This document shows, one piece after another, positions 59,546 through 64,000 of a DNA stretch of 64,000 nt. The position numbers and the translations under genes are program-made. Each line of letters opens with the position of its first letter. The first letter of the stretch is position 1. Below the pieces are notes generated by a model that saw only the letters and a program-made list of their open reading frames with translations, was not told where the DNA came from and made no database searches. Origin of the DNA: the human T2T-CHM13v2.0 reference genome, Homo sapiens; assembly GCF_009914755.1 (NCBI RefSeq), contig NC_060926.1. One strand, 5' to 3'.

Positions 59546-61994
59546 TCTTTCCTCCGTCCATAGCACTTATGGTCTCATCAAGGAAATAAACATATACATA
59601 CATTAGTGTGCAGAAGGGTCTTTATAGTGTTTTTTAGGAGAAACTGTGAGCAAACCAAAGAGCAGTATGCTTGGGAGTGCCACCAGAGAAAGCTTTATAA
59701 AGAAGTGAGTAGTGGATGTGCTTCTTTTGGCAAGGGGCAGGGGTGGATGGGGGAGGTGACAGTGTAGGAGCTTCTGATTACTTAGAAGCAAAGAGAAAAG
59801 GAGAAAGGAGGGAAAGGACATTCTAGAGACAACACTGGCCAGCAAACAGGAGGAGTGGTGACATGCTCAAGTGTTAAATGGGACATCCAGACCATACAGC
59901 AGGGGAAGAATGGCTAGGAGGAGAGATGCCTGAACTGAAGGCTCCTGATAGAAGCACTGAGTGCTGTCTTGGAGCTGAGACTTCAACCTCAAGCCAAGAG
60001 CCAGGCACTAAAGAGCTTTCAGTAGGGCCTTGGAGGCCAGTTCCGATGACCCATGCTTACTGCAGTGCAAGGAGGGATTGGTGGGCACAGCCTGAGTCAG
60101 GCGGAACAGAGCTGTTGAAATAGTTGAGAGAAAGGAGCTTTCATCAGTTACCTTCTCCTAGAAGGGAGGAAATTAAGGAGGCAGAATTGATAAGACATGG
60201 CCCCTATCTGGGGGTGGCGGTAAGTAACAAAAGATGAAGAATATTTGAGAATAAGAGTTCAGAGTGATGTCCTGGCTCCTTGCAAGGGTGCCAGGTGGTG
60301 GCATAGTGAATCACCCTCTTGCTCTCTGTGTGTTCTTAGACCAAATCTTCATTCCTGAAAGGAAGTCACTGTTTAAATTCAGTATTTCTTTTTTAACTAA
60401 TAAGTGCTTGATAATCCATTAAGTAGAACAGTGCCCATCCTGAGAGACATTATATATCTCCCACTTCAGCAGGTTTTCCATGAATTTGATCACAGAATAC
60501 AAATATCTCCCTTTATGTGTTTCCTCATTTTTTAGTAGGTTGGCAGTTTTGAAGCAGAGTTTTCTACTCACTCAGCCTTAATTAAATCTGCAAATATGAA
60601 AGTGGGGTATGTCTAAAGGTTGTGTGATTCCATCTAAATACCAAAGCTTAATACGGTTTCTGACTTACAGAATAGTGAAGGCGTAGAGCTTTTTAAAAAT
60701 AACATGTTTGAGGTATATCAATGAGGACAGCTGAAAATCTGATAGTTCACTCAATCCAAAATTCTATCTTCAGTACTTTTTAAGGATAATTTCTGTAGTG
60801 TACTGGGGCAAGTGGAAAGGGAAGGGTGACCACCTACAATCACATAAAATTATTCAAGGTGCATGCACCCAAAACATTAAAAGCTAATTTTAAAGAGCAC
60901 TTATTAAGCTTTTTCTAGTACCTGGTATTTATTCACATATTCAGCCTACCTTTTATGGTAATAAAGAGAAAGAAAGAAATATTTTTAAGTACCTACTAAA
61001 TGTCAGGTCTAATCACAGGTGCTTTGCATGACACATGTCCCCTAATCTTTCCAGCACCTCTTTGTGCTATCATTCGGTAGGCAGGCCCACAGAGGCCAGG
61101 AGACAGAAAATCCCACACAGAGGGCAGGGCCAGGATTCCCAAGGGAATCCCAGAAAGGTTCCTGTCTAGGGCCAAGACATCTGTTCTTTATTTGTCTGCC
61201 TTGTCACATCATATTTCAATTTGCTCTAAACGAATCTCTTTCAAAATTAGATGCAACTCTCTTACTGTTATCATTCTACAGGTGAAACATACATTTTATT
61301 CAGAATCAGATTACTTAGAAGCAAATGAAAGGAACAGAAAGTTTAACTCATACCATTGTTCAAAGGAAGACAAATGCTGTCTGAAAATGCCAATTTCATT
61401 TTTGCTTTGAGTGGGTGGAGGCCAGAACACTTTCTTTGAAAAGAAACAATAAAAGTGTATTCTATCTGTTTGAAAGATGAGGTTTGGTCTTCTCCAACCT
61501 TAAGGATTCCTGCCCTGAAGTGGCTGGTGTCTTCCCATGTTTTTGTGAATTTCCATATGCAACTCCCCTAAGTCTGTGTTGGTCATCGTCCTCAGGGCTT
61601 CCCCAGAATGAGCAGGTGGCTTTTGTCTGTGTGAAATTTCAGATGTGCTTCTGTGACTAAGTGGATCTAATATCTACCTGTGGTCAATGCATAAGCAACT
61701 TAATTTCATATCAAATGGTCACTCCAAGGGGTCCCTCTAAGTGGCTGAAATGTGAGGGATGGATTATTTGTTCTTGTTGCTTTTTTGTTTCTTTTTAATT
61801 AGGTCATTAAAGGGATGGAATCTTATCAGCCATTTGTGCGCTCACTGTAATAAAGCTGGCAGCAATCAAATCAATTTTAAAATGGCTGATTACATAAATC
61901 CAACTCCTAATTTGCAAGTTCAAGCCAAATTTAACTGGGGAAAACGGCATATATAATAAAGATATCTGATGTTTCTTACCCACATTTTAATAGC

Positions 61995-62185
61995 CCTTAC
62001 AGGTACTATTCTAAGTGCTTGATAAATATTAACTCATTTAATGTTTCTAAGAGTCTTGTTGTTATAGCATTCTTAAAATATCACCCATTTTACAGATGAG
62101 GAAATGGAGTCCCTGAGAGTTAAGTGACTTCCCAAGGTCACATAATTTGCAAGTGGTGGATCAGAGATTTGAAACCAGGTGAAGT
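61995..62185 (-). mobile_element. MIR
   Basis: 'cccattttacagatgaggaaatggag...gttaagtgacttcccaaggtcaca...agatttgaaaccagg'. Confidence 0.85.
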
Positions 62186-63110
62186 CTTCTTTACCTCCCT
62201 TATTTGTTCTTCCCTGTCCTCATCAGTGGTGTAAGATGTTTCATCTCTACCAAAACCTTTATTCCAGCCTCCTTCACCTGGGAGTCCCAAGACAGGTAAT
62301 CTATATCAGCAAGAGAGACAAAACAAGGACCTATTTATGTACAGTTGCCCACACTGAAAAATGTGTAGTCCCAGATAAAATTCTACCCAAGGGCATCATG
62401 ATGCCAGACACAGAGTGGAGAGGGTGGCAAAGGAACGTAGGAGAAAGAAGAAGGGAAAAGGAGCCATTTTTAACACTTGCATTGAGCCAATGTGGTGCTG
62501 ATTGAATGGCCAATGACCCTTTGCGTAAAGACTGTTACCATTATTCACTGGACCCCTTCCCTGCAAAGAATAAGCCTTTATTCTTTCTAATGAAGGAATA
62601 GGACAGTGTACCTTCCTAGCTATTCCAGGACATAGCAGCAGTGTTTTATGAGGGACTTTGATATTTTATTCACCAAATGGCCTCATAAGTTAGATTTATT
62701 TTTCATGTCCATCTTCCAAATGGTTTCCCTGGGCTTTAGAGATAAGTTGTTGCTTAAAGGCATAATACCTCTAAGATAAGACTGAAACCTAAATTTAAAT
62801 GTGGGGCTTCTTTATTTGGAGAAATTTCCTTTAGGATGTTTTACAAATAATGAACCTCGAAAGCACAATCTTGTAAGGAGAAGATGTTTTGCAACAGAAA
62901 GTACAGTGATAGCTTATCTTTGGCTACATTACATAGTTTCTCCTTTCCTGGCTATAATTATAAAAATAAAGACCACCATGTTTAAAGTTGACTCCTGACC
63001 AGTTACCACCATTCTTGTACCTACATCCAGTTCTGAATTACTCTGAAGGGTTAGTGGGTCAAATGGATAATTCTCCCTCAAGTAGTCTTGTAATTTAACT
63101 AGGAGTATAG

Positions 63111-63402
<292 letters not shown>

Positions 63403-63537
63403 GCAAACCTTTTGTTTAAAAAATACTACTCTCTTTTTATATATTTTCCCCTTTGACATTCTTCTGTGCCCTAAGGCTAAACTATAAACTCTGTCTCTAC
63501 TAAGATTTCTGTTCCTGATTCTATCTCCCATAGCAAA

Positions 63538-63615
63538 AGAGAAGGAGAAAGAGAGAGAGAGAAAGAGAGATAGAGAAAGAGAAAGAGAGAGAGAGAAAGA
63601 GACAGAGAGAGAGAA
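63538..63615. repeat. (GA)n-rich microsatellite
   Basis: Read directly. Confidence 0.93.
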
Positions 63616-64000
63616 ACTCTATGAAGATTCACTTCTGATGTTGTCATTATGCAAAATTACAGGAGAGATATTGCAATCAACTTTCACTAGGCATTTTCTT
63701 GTTATCATCTTCATTGGCTAATTAATTGCAGTGGACCTGAGTTGGGAGTTCAATAGTTTTTTCTTTGTTTGATTTTTGGCAGATATTTCTCTCTTTTGAA
63801 TGTTATAATACCTACCATTTAAAAGGCCAATATATAGTTGGTTAAATCTTTGCAATTCTGAACAGTAATAAAAAGAATGAGTGGTAAATAAATGGCAGAT
63901 AAGATTTATCTGTTAGAGCTTATATTAATCTTTTCTGGGTTGAAAGGTATTTAAAAATATTAGTCCAGATAAACATATTGCCAATCTGCCTTTCATTTTA

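Overview
Primate (very likely human or great-ape) AT-rich non-coding DNA, intergenic or deep-intronic. I find no credible protein-coding gene, RNA gene or CpG island; the long ORFs are Alu, L1, LTR or low-complexity artefacts. Much of the window is interspersed repeat: 11 Alus (AluY/S/J), a near full-length L1MA with target-site duplication (TSD) splitting a MER44, a ~7 kb antisense L1M nest, solo LTRs (LTR12 inside LTR8, LTR22, MER21, MER57, MLT1D, MST, LTR16), MER5A/MER58 DNA elements, and MIR/L2 relics. I cannot support a new biological system here. The most interesting signals are DNA-repair-like scars: a ~275 bp dispersed duplication, a ~180 bp near-identical ectopic copy of LTR22 sequence, an internal L1PA ORF2 patch lacking both ends, and a tandem duplication with a snap-back hairpin junction. 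There is also a self-complementary compound microsatellite and a small CpG/ETS-rich candidate regulatory element. Family assignments are from remembered consensus sequences, and identities are by-eye estimates.
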